Below, in pieces: positions 50,124-60,937 of a DNA stretch of 64,000 nt. Source of the stretch: Promethearchaeota archaeon (GTDB taxonomy: Archaea; Asgardarchaeota; Lokiarchaeia; Sigyniarchaeales; SOKP01); contig JAUVNS010000003.1 of the NCBI GenBank assembly GCA_030599585.1, positions 128,001 through 192,000 of the forward strand, written 5' to 3'. Every line of letters starts with the position of its first letter. The stretch's first letter is position 1. The translations under genes and the position numbers were made by a program. The notes beneath the pieces were generated by a model that was not told the DNA's origin, searched no databases, and worked only from the letters and a program-made list of their open reading frames with translations.

Positions 50124-51485
50124 ATGTTAAATAGAGAAACAGATTTATTGAAAGAAGCAGAAAAGTTGGAAAATCAATCGAAAATCGCTGAGGGGGATAA
50201 AAATTACGAATTAGCGATTTCAGTTTTAATGCAAGTAAAAGATAATTACACTAAATTAGGATTAACTGGACAAGTTTCAATAATTATAAAAGAAATTGTT
50301 AGGTTGAAACGTTTAATAGGAGACGAAAGAAAGTCCATACAAAGTTATGGGAGAAATCAAGAAAAGATAAATTCTAAATCTCAGTTTAATTCAAGCTTAG
50401 AAAAATTAAAAGAAATAAAATCCGAGAACACTCAAATTTCGGAAGCAAACGGTAATGTTATTCTAGAAAAGGCTCGAAATTTAGCTCTTGAAGATAAATA
50501 CGAAGACTCATTAAAATTATATAACGAAGCTTATAGCTTATTTAAACATCTCGAATATAAATATGAGTGTAAACAAATTTTATGGCAAATTAATGAGATA
50601 AAAGATTATCAACGCATGGCAGAATTCCGAAAATCTAAAGGAGTTCCTATAAATTTAAAAGATATTATAGCCTTAGCTTCCGCTGAGAGAAGAAGGCAAA
50701 GAATACAACAAGGTTTAGGTGCTAAAACTCGACCTGTTGAGATCGATGAATACAAATATAAAAAAAGAAATGATTCAAATTTAACTCGTCCTAAAGGTCA
50801 TAAATTACTTGAACAGATGAAATTAAGTGAGAAACGAAATGAAACGCTTAAGAATACATCACAATCTAATGTAAAAGAGCAAGAAAAGAACTTCGAGAGT
50901 AAATGGAAAGATAAACAGAATAAACTTCATAAATTACGAGAGGAAAAAAAGCAAAAGGATGAATTAATTGCTAAAGGACAAGATCTATTAGAAAAAGGAA
51001 ACCAGAAACTTAAACGAAAAGAATACGAAGAGGCAAAAGTCCTTTATACTCAAGCTATTGAATTGTTTACTCAGCTTGGCTGGCATAACCAGATAGGCAT
51101 CCTTGAAAAAGAACTCTGGAATATTGATTTGCATAAAAAAGAAGAAGAAAAGAAAGGAGAAATGGCAAAAATATCTAAACTAAAGCAGGAGCAAGAATTT
51201 CAAAGCAGAGTTTCAAAAGTAATGAGCGAGAAAGAAAGATACAACAAGAAACTACAACAACATCAGACCGCTTTATCTCCAGATATTAGGAGTAAGATTG
51301 AAAAAATAAAACTGGTTCAATTAAAGGCTGAAAAAGACGAAAGTTCAAATAATCTCTCAAGAGCTTTGGCAAGATATCAGTACATCCTTGAATTATACCA
51401 ATCAATTCCTAAAGAAAGCATCGATTTATCAAATGAAATTAATAAAATAGAAGAAAAAATTTTAGATTTAAACGCGAAATCATAA
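50124..51485 (+). CDS. Helical-repeat protein with four TPR/MIT-like modules
   Basis: Four A..D/E..Y..A...Y......Y/F units separated by charged linkers. Confidence 0.7.
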   Translation: MLNRETDLLKEAEKLENQSKIAEGDKNYELAISVLMQVKDNYTKLGLTGQVSIIIKEIVRLKRLIGDERKSIQSYGRNQEKINSKSQFNSSLEKLKEIKSENTQISEANGNVILEKARNLALEDKYEDSLKLYNEAYSLFKHLEYKYECKQILWQINEIKDYQRMAEFRKSKGVPINLKDIIALASAERRRQRIQQGLGAKTRPVEIDEYKYKKRNDSNLTRPKGHKLLEQMKLSEKRNETLKNTSQSNVKEQEKNFESKWKDKQNKLHKLREEKKQKDELIAKGQDLLEKGNQKLKRKEYEEAKVLYTQAIELFTQLGWHNQIGILEKELWNIDLHKKEEEKKGEMAKISKLKQEQEFQSRVSKVMSEKERYNKKLQQHQTALSPDIRSKIEKIKLVQLKAEKDESSNNLSRALARYQYILELYQSIPKESIDLSNEINKIEEKILDLNAKS

Positions 51486-51539
51486 TATTTTTGGCTTAGG
51501 CTTCTTTTATGTAACTAATAAATTTAATTTTGAACTTCG

Positions 51540-52580
51540 ATGAAGAATCCTTTTTTAGAATTTTATCACGTCCCTAATTCAAAAGAACTCTTAGATATAG
51601 CTTTTAGTAGAGCTATGAAAAGTAGTGCCCAGGTCTCTAAAAATGCACCTATTCTCCTCAAGGCGAAAAAAAAGGAATCTAAACGGATCAAAGTGGCCAT
51701 TGAAGAATTACTAGATCGGATAATGACCATTATTAAGAGAGTTCCGATGATCGAAGAATTACCCGATTTTTACAAAGAGTTAGCTTCACTTTTAGTTGAT
51801 GTTGACGTTCTTAAATTAACTCTGGGTAAATTGAACGGAATCTTACCATTGTTGAGAAAACTACAAAGGGTGCACTCAAAGAAATTAAGCCAAATTGAAA
51901 CTCCTAAAGATGCCGACCGAATACGAAGGGCTGCGTTTGGAAGAATATCTTCAGTTATTAATAAACAGAATCCTAATCTGGAATATTTAAACAAAATTAG
52001 AGGTCGCTTAAAAGAAATCCCTTCCCTCGATTACACACTTCGCAGTATAGTTGTTGCAGGTTATCCTAATGTAGGAAAAAGTAGTTTTGTTAAGCAGATA
52101 TCTACAAACAAGAGAATTGAAGTGAAAGAATACCCTTTTACTACAAAAAAGATAATAATGGGGCATTTCGATATCGAAAAAAGGTATAGTCAAATCAAGT
52201 TACAATTTTTAGACACACCAGGAATTTTGGATCGCCCTATGTCTAAAAGAAACAATATTGAACTTCAAGCCATTCTAGCGCTTCGCTTAATATCAGATTT
52301 AATTATTTTTATGTTTGATCCCACACCCTCATGTGGCTATTCAATTGATTCGCAATTAGATTTATACCATGAAATCAAAAATAATTTTACAAAAGAAGGA
52401 AAAATCGAAATAGTAATTGTATTCAATAAAATGGATTTAGCCAGCTCAGAAGAAATTGAATCTCTTAGAAAAAGATTAAATGTGGAAGAAAAAGATTACT
52501 TTTTAATTAACGCCTTATCTGGAGAAAATTTAGATTTGGTAAAAGAAATGTTAAGAAAGCGTTATAGTAGTAATGAATGA
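51540..52580 (+). CDS. NOG1 family GTPase
   Basis: GYPNVGKSS, YPFTTK, DTPGILDRP...RNNIE and NKMD. Confidence 0.93.
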   Translation: MKNPFLEFYHVPNSKELLDIAFSRAMKSSAQVSKNAPILLKAKKKESKRIKVAIEELLDRIMTIIKRVPMIEELPDFYKELASLLVDVDVLKLTLGKLNGILPLLRKLQRVHSKKLSQIETPKDADRIRRAAFGRISSVINKQNPNLEYLNKIRGRLKEIPSLDYTLRSIVVAGYPNVGKSSFVKQISTNKRIEVKEYPFTTKKIIMGHFDIEKRYSQIKLQFLDTPGILDRPMSKRNNIELQAILALRLISDLIIFMFDPTPSCGYSIDSQLDLYHEIKNNFTKEGKIEIVIVFNKMDLASSEEIESLRKRLNVEEKDYFLINALSGENLDLVKEMLRKRYSSNE

Positions 52581-52706
52581 AATTCAAACTTCTTTGTTAC
52601 TTTAGGCTACTAATTTTTATCAAATACAAACTTTAGTAATTATTTTACACGATTATTTTATTAAAAATTAGAAATTTTTATATGCTTAGCCGAAGAAAAA
52701 TAATAT

Positions 52707-53177
52707 ATGGAAGAATTTAAGATTAATTTTGCTAATTTAAAAGTTGCTCAGCTAGGATTTGTGTATAAAGATATTGAAAAACAGGCTAAGATTTTTGAAA
52801 CACTCTTCAACGTACCTAAATTTGCGGTTTTACCAGAAACTACGGACATCGTTAAATATAGAGGGAAAGACGGAGAAGTTAACACCAAAATTGCTATAAG
52901 CAGACAATTTGGTTCACAAATTGAATTGATACAGCATATAAGTGGAGATTGCATCTACAAAGAATTTTTAGATCAAGGGAGGGAAGGATTTCATCACATC
53001 AGTCTATTCATTGAAAATATTGAAGCTTATATCGAGTATTTTGAAAAACAAGGATACGAGATGATTTATTATGGCGAGATCGGAAAACAAGTTTATGCTT
53101 ACTTTGATACTGAAGAAATGCTAGGAATGCTCCTTGAAGTTCAAGAAACAAGAAAAAGAAGAAAAAAAAAGTCTTAA
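52707..53177 (+). CDS. VOC/glyoxalase family protein
   Basis: QLGFVYKD, QIELIQ, EGFHHI and YFDT...GMLLE. Confidence 0.85.
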   Translation: MEEFKINFANLKVAQLGFVYKDIEKQAKIFETLFNVPKFAVLPETTDIVKYRGKDGEVNTKIAISRQFGSQIELIQHISGDCIYKEFLDQGREGFHHISLFIENIEAYIEYFEKQGYEMIYYGEIGKQVYAYFDTEEMLGMLLEVQETRKRRKKKS

Positions 53178-53226
53178 AACCTTAAATTTTCATTTTTTCT
53201 ATTCTTACCCATGATTTTTTATTCGA

Positions 53227-54333
53227 ATGTTTCAATTATTTAAGTATACAGCCATGAAAGCTAAATATATATTAGGGCTCGATATTGGAGGAGCAAATAC
53301 TAAGGCTGCTTTACTTCAAATCGAAAACGATAACATACATAAAAGTTTTACTTATATTGAATATTTTCCTTTCTGGGAGAAAACCTTGCATGACATTCCT
53401 GCTATGTTCTCGAGGGTTGTAGAAAAGTTAATTATACAAAATAATTTAGTATTAAGAGATGTAACCTTTATTTCAATAACAATTACTGCTGAACTTTCAG
53501 ATGCTTTTCAAACTAAGCGAGAAGGAATTTTAACGATTATAAGCGCTTTAGGACAAATTTTTGAAAGGGAAAAATTATTTTTTATTAATAATAGAAATAA
53601 ATTCTGCAGCTTTGATCAGGTTAAATTAGATCCTATTTCAGTAGCGGCAGCAAATTGGATATCAACTTCGTTATTTTTAGGTAAATTTGTTCCCAAATGC
53701 ATTCTTATTGATGCTGGGTCGACTACTATTGATGTAATTCCAATTTTAAATTCAGTTCCTGTTTCAAGAGGAAAGAATGATGTAGAAAGATTAATGAATC
53801 GCGAATTGATTTACACCGGGGGTTTAAGAGCAACAATTCCATCAATTACGCATTTTTTACCTTATAAGGATAAGATGATTAGAATTTCGTTCGAAAAATT
53901 CGCCCTCGTCTCAGATGTACATAGGATACTAAAAAATATTTCTGAAACAGAATATATTAACGACACTGCCGATAATCGCTCAAAAACCTTAAAGGATTGC
54001 TATGCGCGATTAGCAAGAATGATATGCATGGATCTTGAATCAATTACACTAAAAGAATTGGATAAAATAGCGAAATATATTTATAACAAGCAAATTAAGA
54101 TGATTTCATCTGATATCAAAGAGTTTATGGACAACCTAAATCAACAACAGCTTGAGTATGATCAAGATTCAATATTTGTAATTACTGGCTTATCTGCAGA
54201 GTTTTTGATAAAAGAAGTGTTAAGAAGAATGGGATATGGCAATATTAAAAGCTTTGAACAAATAACTGGGATGCCTGATCAAATTAGTTCCTCTGCATAT
54301 GCAGTTGCGGGAGCTTTTTATTTTCAATTATAA
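53227..54333 (+). CDS. mfnF: Methanofuran biosynthesis protein MfnF (hydantoinase A-like)
   Basis: GLDIGGANTK, YFPFW, TAELSDAF..KREG, AAANW, DAGSTTID, ELIYTG and RLARMIC. Confidence 0.83.
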   Translation: MFQLFKYTAMKAKYILGLDIGGANTKAALLQIENDNIHKSFTYIEYFPFWEKTLHDIPAMFSRVVEKLIIQNNLVLRDVTFISITITAELSDAFQTKREGILTIISALGQIFEREKLFFINNRNKFCSFDQVKLDPISVAAANWISTSLFLGKFVPKCILIDAGSTTIDVIPILNSVPVSRGKNDVERLMNRELIYTGGLRATIPSITHFLPYKDKMIRISFEKFALVSDVHRILKNISETEYINDTADNRSKTLKDCYARLARMICMDLESITLKELDKIAKYIYNKQIKMISSDIKEFMDNLNQQQLEYDQDSIFVITGLSAEFLIKEVLRRMGYGNIKSFEQITGMPDQISSSAYAVAGAFYFQL

Positions 54334-54348
54334 AACAAATTAATCAAT

Positions 54349-55086
54349 ATGAAGTATAAAGAAGCGGTCTTCAAAATTGGTGGAAAAATTTTAGAAAACT
54401 CAAACAATATTAAATCAACTTTCTCCCAACTGACTCAATTATTCGAAGAAAAAATTCTTCAGAAAATCATTATTATCCCCGGTGGGGGATCTTTGGCTAA
54501 TTTTGTTAGAAGCTTGGATGACGCTTTACAAATAGGAGACGACCTAGCTCATTGGAGTGCGATTTATTCCATGAATTATAACGGAATAATGTTAAATAAA
54601 AAATATCCGAATTTGGAAAGTATAGAAAAATTAAAGAATTTTCAAGATGCTAAACAAATGTTTTGTATCTTCTTACCATATAGTTTTCTCCGTGAAGACG
54701 ATACTCTACCACATAATTGGGATGTCACTTCGGACTCTATAGCACTCTATGTTGCTAATAAGCTAAAATTAAGGCAATGTTTCTTAATCAAAAATATAGA
54801 TGGAATTTTCAATATCGATAAGGAACTAATTAAGTCTATATCTACTTTCAAATATAACGAGTTAAAAAATAGTAATCAATTAGATAATATAATAGAAGTC
54901 GATAGTAATATTAAGAAATCGAAACCTATAGATTCACATTTATTGAAATTAATAGAAAAGTACAATACTCCTTGTTATATCTTAAATGGAGGACCTAGTA
55001 ATCAAAGGATAATTGAATTTTTTACTACTGACATACCTGATGAGAAAAAAATATATACTAAACTCATCAGTCAAAAAGAACTCTAA
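54349..55086 (+). CDS. mfnE: Amino-acid-kinase-family protein, MfnE-like
   Basis: KIGG, PGGG..ANFVR, AHW.AI and LPHNWDVTSDSIA; adjacent to mfnF. Confidence 0.8.
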   Translation: MKYKEAVFKIGGKILENSNNIKSTFSQLTQLFEEKILQKIIIIPGGGSLANFVRSLDDALQIGDDLAHWSAIYSMNYNGIMLNKKYPNLESIEKLKNFQDAKQMFCIFLPYSFLREDDTLPHNWDVTSDSIALYVANKLKLRQCFLIKNIDGIFNIDKELIKSISTFKYNELKNSNQLDNIIEVDSNIKKSKPIDSHLLKLIEKYNTPCYILNGGPSNQRIIEFFTTDIPDEKKIYTKLISQKEL

Positions 55087-55179
55087 AGTTATGAATAACC
55101 TCAAATATTAGGTTAATTTAAACAAAATTAAACTAGTTAAATTATTAAATGTGAATATAAAATATGAAGTGAAATCATT

Positions 55180-55680
55180 ATGGATATCGAAGAAATGAAA
55201 AAAAATGCCGAATTTTTAATAAAAAATGTTAAGGGAGTAGAAATTCCTGGAGCTGCTAAAGTTAACGTTAGATATAAAACTTTAGTGAACTTTGCAAAAG
55301 TATATGGAATAACTGACCCGAAATACATTGGTTCTGAAGAAGATGGTATAATAGCCTGCCATGCGTTTGCCAACCATTTCACGATCAAAGCAGTTTACAA
55401 ATTACTCTTAGGTTTTAATGTAGTTCAGGACGGTAATACACGGGGAATAATGCTAGATCCTGGTAAATTATTACACACCGGAAATATCTACAATTGGGAA
55501 GGTTGTGTTGATGTCAAACCTGGTGATAAATTAAATGTTAGTGGTTCATGTGAAGATGTGTGGTTAAATGAGAAAAATATGATATTATTTTATAAATTCT
55601 TAGTTAATGTTAAAAATCAAAATGAAGAACCCGTTTGCGATGTGGTAATTACTGCAGGGGTTAGGAAAGGAGGGTATTAA
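55180..55680 (+). CDS. Hot-dog fold MaoC-like subunit (non-catalytic type)
   Basis: FAKVYGITDPKY, LLHTG..Y.W and VKPGD; 1 bp from the next gene. Confidence 0.75.
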   Translation: MDIEEMKKNAEFLIKNVKGVEIPGAAKVNVRYKTLVNFAKVYGITDPKYIGSEEDGIIACHAFANHFTIKAVYKLLLGFNVVQDGNTRGIMLDPGKLLHTGNIYNWEGCVDVKPGDKLNVSGSCEDVWLNEKNMILFYKFLVNVKNQNEEPVCDVVITAGVRKGGY

Positions 55681-55681
55681 A

Positions 55682-56230
55682 ATGGTAAAGATATCAGATT
55701 ATAGTGTAGGGTATGTAGTAAAAGATCAGTTTGAGGGCGTTACTAGGGATTTATTGAGGCAATACGCAAAAGCATCCGGTGATACTAACCCAATCCACAC
55801 CAATGATGCTATTGCTGAACGAGCAGGGTTAAAAGGAATAATAGCACATGGTTTATTTTCTACCGGCTTAATCACAAAATTATTTGAGGACCATTTGGAA
55901 TATGAGAAGTCAGGAAAGTTAATAGAAGTCAATATAGAAATGCGGGGAATGGTAAGGTGTGGAGATCTAATTATTACTGAAGCTACAGTCAAAAAAATTG
56001 AAGGAAAGAGGGTGTTTTTTGAAGTTGAACAACGGACGATAACAAATGTAGACATTAAAGATACAAATGGAAATCTTGTGAAGCAATTCGAAGCAGGCGA
56101 GAGAGGTTATATTTCTGAAAAAGATATTGAAAGAGGACTTGTTAAAACCAAGGATACTCCAGAAGGAATTCTTACGTATAGGGAGAGGATTGCTACTCCT
56201 GGAACTGCAATTATAGAGTTATTCGAGTGA
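55682..56230 (+). CDS. MaoC family (R)-enoyl-CoA hydratase/dehydratase
   Basis: YAKASGDTNPIH...IIAHG motif. Confidence 0.88.
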   Translation: MVKISDYSVGYVVKDQFEGVTRDLLRQYAKASGDTNPIHTNDAIAERAGLKGIIAHGLFSTGLITKLFEDHLEYEKSGKLIEVNIEMRGMVRCGDLIITEATVKKIEGKRVFFEVEQRTITNVDIKDTNGNLVKQFEAGERGYISEKDIERGLVKTKDTPEGILTYRERIATPGTAIIELFE

Positions 56231-56391
56231 TTATTTATCTGATAAATTATAATTATTTTACCTAATTTTTTTTGTATCTCATCTCATTAATTATAAAAAT
56301 TCTAATTTTATTGTTTTATTGAAAAACATTTTTAAAGTTTAACATCAAAAGAATAATTGGTTTAATACTAGAATTATTAACTTGTAGACTC

Positions 56392-59301
56392 TTGACGATT
56401 CAGAATTTAGATGTAAAAAAGGTTGAAGATCTAATTTTAAGTGGTAGCTACGAAAAAGCAGCTGATGAGCTGTTTAAAGTAATTGAAAATTCTGCAATTT
56501 CTGACAAAGAACTAATCTATGACAGCTTAACGTTATTAAATAAAATATGTGACAAATCTCCAACAATTTCCTTAAGAACAGTTAGAAATTTAAACAACAC
56601 CATAAACGACATGAATTCTTGGGTTAGGTTAGTGTCATTAGAAATACTTTACCAAATAACTATGTATCGACCGAATCTACTGATTGATCTAATCGATAAG
56701 ATTCGATCCCGGTTATTTGACCAAGAATCATCAATTCGACGCTTAGCTGTAAAAATTATGGGAAATTTAATTCTTTCGTTACATATCGATAGGGAGCAAC
56801 TACAAACAATAATTGAGGAATTTCTCGAAAAATTGATGGATACGGATTGGAAAGTGAAGCTTCAAGTATTTAAAACGCTGAAAAAAATTCTGAACCAAGA
56901 TTATACAAAGATTCGAGAATTCGAACCTTTACTATCTATTGTTATAGTAAATTTGAGAGACGAAGATGATGATGTTGCCAGATCAGCGGCAGAGTTGTTA
57001 AAAATACTTGGTACTTATTTTCTCTCAAAAGAAAAAATTACTTTTGTCCTACTTAACCTACTCTATAACGAAAAACCAAGAGTAAAAGAGTTAATCATAT
57101 GGCTTTTCGGAGAAATAGGAAAAGAAAAATCGTCCGAAATCATCCCTATTATTCCTAAGCTTATAAATTTATTAAAAGAGAATAATTATCGAATTCAATT
57201 AAGAGTAATTGATTCACTAGTAACAATAGCGGAGAATAATTTTGATCAAATTTGGGCTAATTTAATAACCGCACTCTATACCGGAGATTCTGAGTTTAGA
57301 AATGTGGTTATAAACGCATTATATCATCTATGTCAAAACAATATCACGGAAATTTTTAGTTATATATTTGAGGAATTTGAAAATCCATCAGAAAACGTTC
57401 GGGATGGCGTTTCGCTGGTTTTTAAACGTTTATACGAAGAATTTTTAGTCGAAATAGAAAACGAGATTACAAAAATACTTTATACTTTAGAATCAAAATA
57501 CTGGCGAGAGAGAAAAAAAACAATAATCCTATTACAAAATATCTGCAATATTTTGCAAAGTAAGAAAATAGCAGTCTGGCTTTTTATCGAGCTGGAGAAA
57601 AATTTAAAAACTGAAACTGATCCGGATGTAAATGAAGAGATTCTTTACACGATTAAAAACATTAAAACGACATTTCACGATATGGACGAAACAATTCAAG
57701 AAGTTAATGAAGATTTAGATATGTTTCGTAAAAAAATTAGTGAATTTCAGAAGATTCCCGCTCAATTCCGGGAAAAGATGAGTTCTTACATAAAAGAATT
57801 CAAATTTCAGCAAACAGAATTAGAATTAGATAAAATCTATCGTAAAATATTAAATAAAATTAAGAAGTTTAATAAAAGATTAAACAAGTTCGAGTACAAA
57901 AGGCTAGCGTTCAATTTAATTGAAGACTGGGAAGAAACTAAAGTAACCATCATTGACGAACTAAGCATTATTAAAGGATTCATTTCCGAGGTCTTTGTAG
58001 AAAAGAAGAAGGAATTTACATTAGATTTAAAATCGAAGATTAAGCTTTTAGAAGATCGTATCAATATATTAAAAGCCCAGTATGAATATGCTAGAAATTC
58101 TAAATTTTTGGAAACACTCGATGAACAAAGCTTAGAGAATATTGGAAATTCGGATGTCGAAGAAAAATTTACTGAAATCACGCAGTTTCGAAATTATATG
58201 TTTAAATTGGATGACGACATTCGGGAAATTCTCGTACATAACGTTGAATTTAACGAAATTTTTAAGTCTTTGCTAAGCAAATGGGTCGGATTGAAAATTG
58301 AACTACAAGAATTTTTAAGCGAGCTAGATCGAAAAATAAAAAGCTTGAAAGATAGAATCTTAATAGAAATTCAAAAATCTGATGGAAATCACGAAGAACA
58401 AAAATTAAATCTCATTTCATCTGTATTATTTCAAGGTCACATTCAATCAATAATTTCGCAAGGTATTGAAGGATTAAAGAAGTTCAATACTAATTTTGAT
58501 GGTTTAAAAACTAAGTTGGATACTTTATTAAAAAAAAGTGAGTTTTCTGACGCAAAAAAACTTATAGAAATGAACACGAACCAAATTCAAAATTTTATTG
58601 TAGAATACGAGAATCAGATTGATAATATAATAGGGAAACTCACTGAAGATAATGATATTTTTAACCTGTGGGCAAGGCCAACCGTAACTAAATTTGTTTC
58701 GTTTAAAGAAGTTCTTATAAACAAATTGAAAAACTTTAATCAGAAGAGTAATGACGAACTTACTCTGAGTCAAATAAAATATTATCTTGATGTGATGAAC
58801 CCTATCAAATTAGAAAGTCTCGCTTCTTATATTGATGCGGACATTGATGTGTTAAAGGAAAAGATTGTAAAATTTGTTAATAAGAATAAACTTAATGCTC
58901 GAATTATAAAAGATGACCTCTATTCACCAAAAATAGAAGATATTATCGAACCAAAAGATATTCTTTTGTTTAAGAATTTAAAAACAATTGGGAATAAGCT
59001 CTATTTTAACTTTAAATTAAATAATCCTACAAATTTACTTTTTTCGGATTTACAAATATCTCTTAAGACCCCTGATTATTTAACTTTTCTTCGAAGCGAA
59101 AGTTTTCCTAAATATCTTTATCTCAGCAAATTAAAGCCAGGAAATGTTTTTAAGTTTAATTATGTCTTAAAATTACAGCATGATATCAAAAAAAACATAG
59201 CAGATCCATCAGTTGACGAAGTAGATCTTAATATTTATTATAAAGATCCATTCGACATCACACGAAAAATTACAAAAAAAATGTCACTCCTTTTACCTTA
59301 A
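56392..59301 (+). CDS. HEAT-repeat protein with coiled coil, PCI-like winged helix and C-terminal beta-sandwich
   Basis: About 9 HEAT units (D...VR/VK), a helical middle, PIKLESLASY...LNARI, and a beta-rich C-terminus. Confidence 0.8.
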   Translation: MTIQNLDVKKVEDLILSGSYEKAADELFKVIENSAISDKELIYDSLTLLNKICDKSPTISLRTVRNLNNTINDMNSWVRLVSLEILYQITMYRPNLLIDLIDKIRSRLFDQESSIRRLAVKIMGNLILSLHIDREQLQTIIEEFLEKLMDTDWKVKLQVFKTLKKILNQDYTKIREFEPLLSIVIVNLRDEDDDVARSAAELLKILGTYFLSKEKITFVLLNLLYNEKPRVKELIIWLFGEIGKEKSSEIIPIIPKLINLLKENNYRIQLRVIDSLVTIAENNFDQIWANLITALYTGDSEFRNVVINALYHLCQNNITEIFSYIFEEFENPSENVRDGVSLVFKRLYEEFLVEIENEITKILYTLESKYWRERKKTIILLQNICNILQSKKIAVWLFIELEKNLKTETDPDVNEEILYTIKNIKTTFHDMDETIQEVNEDLDMFRKKISEFQKIPAQFREKMSSYIKEFKFQQTELELDKIYRKILNKIKKFNKRLNKFEYKRLAFNLIEDWEETKVTIIDELSIIKGFISEVFVEKKKEFTLDLKSKIKLLEDRINILKAQYEYARNSKFLETLDEQSLENIGNSDVEEKFTEITQFRNYMFKLDDDIREILVHNVEFNEIFKSLLSKWVGLKIELQEFLSELDRKIKSLKDRILIEIQKSDGNHEEQKLNLISSVLFQGHIQSIISQGIEGLKKFNTNFDGLKTKLDTLLKKSEFSDAKKLIEMNTNQIQNFIVEYENQIDNIIGKLTEDNDIFNLWARPTVTKFVSFKEVLINKLKNFNQKSNDELTLSQIKYYLDVMNPIKLESLASYIDADIDVLKEKIVKFVNKNKLNARIIKDDLYSPKIEDIIEPKDILLFKNLKTIGNKLYFNFKLNNPTNLLFSDLQISLKTPDYLTFLRSESFPKYLYLSKLKPGNVFKFNYVLKLQHDIKKNIADPSVDEVDLNIYYKDPFDITRKITKKMSLLLP

Positions 59302-59433
59302 TATTTTATACGATTTTTTGTCTGGACAGATAAAAAACCCACCTTACTTATCGAAAAAATTTATAAAAATTAGCGATTAAATTAATAACTAAAAAATTCA
59401 CAATAATAATAAGTAATAATAAGTAAAAAATTC

Positions 59434-59443
59434 GTGAGGTGAA
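59434..59443 (+). promoter_or_regulatory. Shine-Dalgarno site of selD1
   Basis: GTGAGGTGAA directly before ATG 59444; the same motif precedes selD2. Confidence 0.7.
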
Positions 59444-60481
59444 ATGTTACAAGAAGAAGAGAGTTATCGACTGACGCTCCAAACGAAATTATTCGGATGA
59501 AACTGTAAATTAGACTCCAAAAAGTTAAATGAACTTCTAAATAACGCTGGTTTAATTGGAGATATAGAGGATTCAGCAATAATACCTGTTCCAGGCACCG
59601 ACTTAGCAATGGTAAAAAATATTGATGTCTTTACCCCAATTATCGACGAGCCAGAAATAATGGGGGAAATCGCCGCAGCAAATGTAACCAATGATGTATT
59701 TGCGTTAAATGTTCCAGAAATCTCAGGTATGCTTGTATTTCTCGGGATCAAAAAAAATACGCCTATGTACATCGCAGAAGGGATATTAGTAGGAATTCGA
59801 AACTTTATCGAAAATAAAGTAGACTCAAAAGTACTTGGTGGTCATACAATCTACTCAGGATGGCCTCTTATTGGCGGAGAAGCTTCTGGATTTGTTAACA
59901 AAGACAAAATAATTAAAAAGAATTACGTAGAAGATGGGGATACATTAATACTAACCAAACCCGTAGGAAATCAAGCAATCATGGCAGCATATCGACTACA
60001 GAAAAACAACCCTGACCTTTTAAAGGCTTTTTCTAAAGAAGAAATTGATAAATCAATAGATTTAGCCGTAGAATATATGACTATGCCTCTCCAAAGCGTT
60101 GTTAAAGCTATCCACACTTATGAAGATGTATCTTTCGTACATTCAATGACAGATGTTTCTGGATTTGGACTCTCAGGACATTTAAAAGAGATGCTTCAAA
60201 ATTCAAAGCTATCAGCTGAAATCAAGAAGGTTCCTATATTTAAACTAACTAAGGAGTTAGCATACGAATTTGGATACAAATTTGACGAGTGTGAAATGCC
60301 TGAAACTGCGGGTGGAATGCTATTATCCGTGGATCATGAATATGCTGAAGAGTTTTCTGAACGACTCGACAACGAATTTCACGTGTCTAATTGGATTGTT
60401 GGATCAATCGATAACAAAGATGACCCTCGGCGTGTCCGCGTTTCAAAAAACGTTGAACATGTCGAAATAACTGAAATATAA
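59444..60481 (+). CDS. selD: Selenophosphate synthetase 1, selenoprotein (345 aa, Sec19 = TGA 59498-59500)
   Basis: In-frame extension of track ORF 59609: MLQEEESYRLTLQTKLFG-U-NCKLD...EDSA..., then IDVFTP, AANVTND, GGHT, LTKP, TDVSGFGLSGH and ETAGGML. Confidence 0.92.
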
Positions 60482-60553
60482 CGATGTTAATGAAATAAGC
60501 TAAAACACGCTAAGTGGCTGCTTATTGAAAATTTCCGTTGCAAGACGGCATCG
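60482..60553 (+). promoter_or_regulatory. Eukaryote-like SECIS element (3' UTR of selD1)
   Basis: AUGA (60490-93)...GA (60527-28) core, helix AUAAGC/GCUUAU, apical AAAA plus CAC/GUG mini-stem; conserved after selD2. Confidence 0.85.
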
Positions 60554-60937
60554 ATAATATCATCTGTTTTTATTTTAAAAATTATTAATTTTTCTTAAGT
60601 TTAGAATTGGATAAATTTCTATCCTTCCATTCTTTTAAGTACCATTTCAAAAAATTAGTTGAAACACCTATAGAATTTCTTTTATGATAAAAGAAATCTT
60701 CAATTTTTTTTTGTTTTACCCGGAAATTAAACATAAAATAAATTTACTTAAGGTATTCTTAGTTACTCCCAACAACTAATTTTAAATTAAAGATACTATA
60801 ACATGGGTGTAACATTTATCTTAAAATTGAATGTGTCTGTTTATCAAAAAAATTGATAAATAATATCGAAAATTTTAATAAATCGCAATTATTGATTGAA
60901 TTACCTTTAAAATAGAAAATGCTTATGGTAAAAAAAA

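Noticed and set aside
30929-56230. Sec read-through at other TGA stops (31408, 36834, 52580, 56230)
   Set aside because: The proteins appear complete at the TGA, there is no redox-motif context, and I saw no SECIS-like sequence downstream
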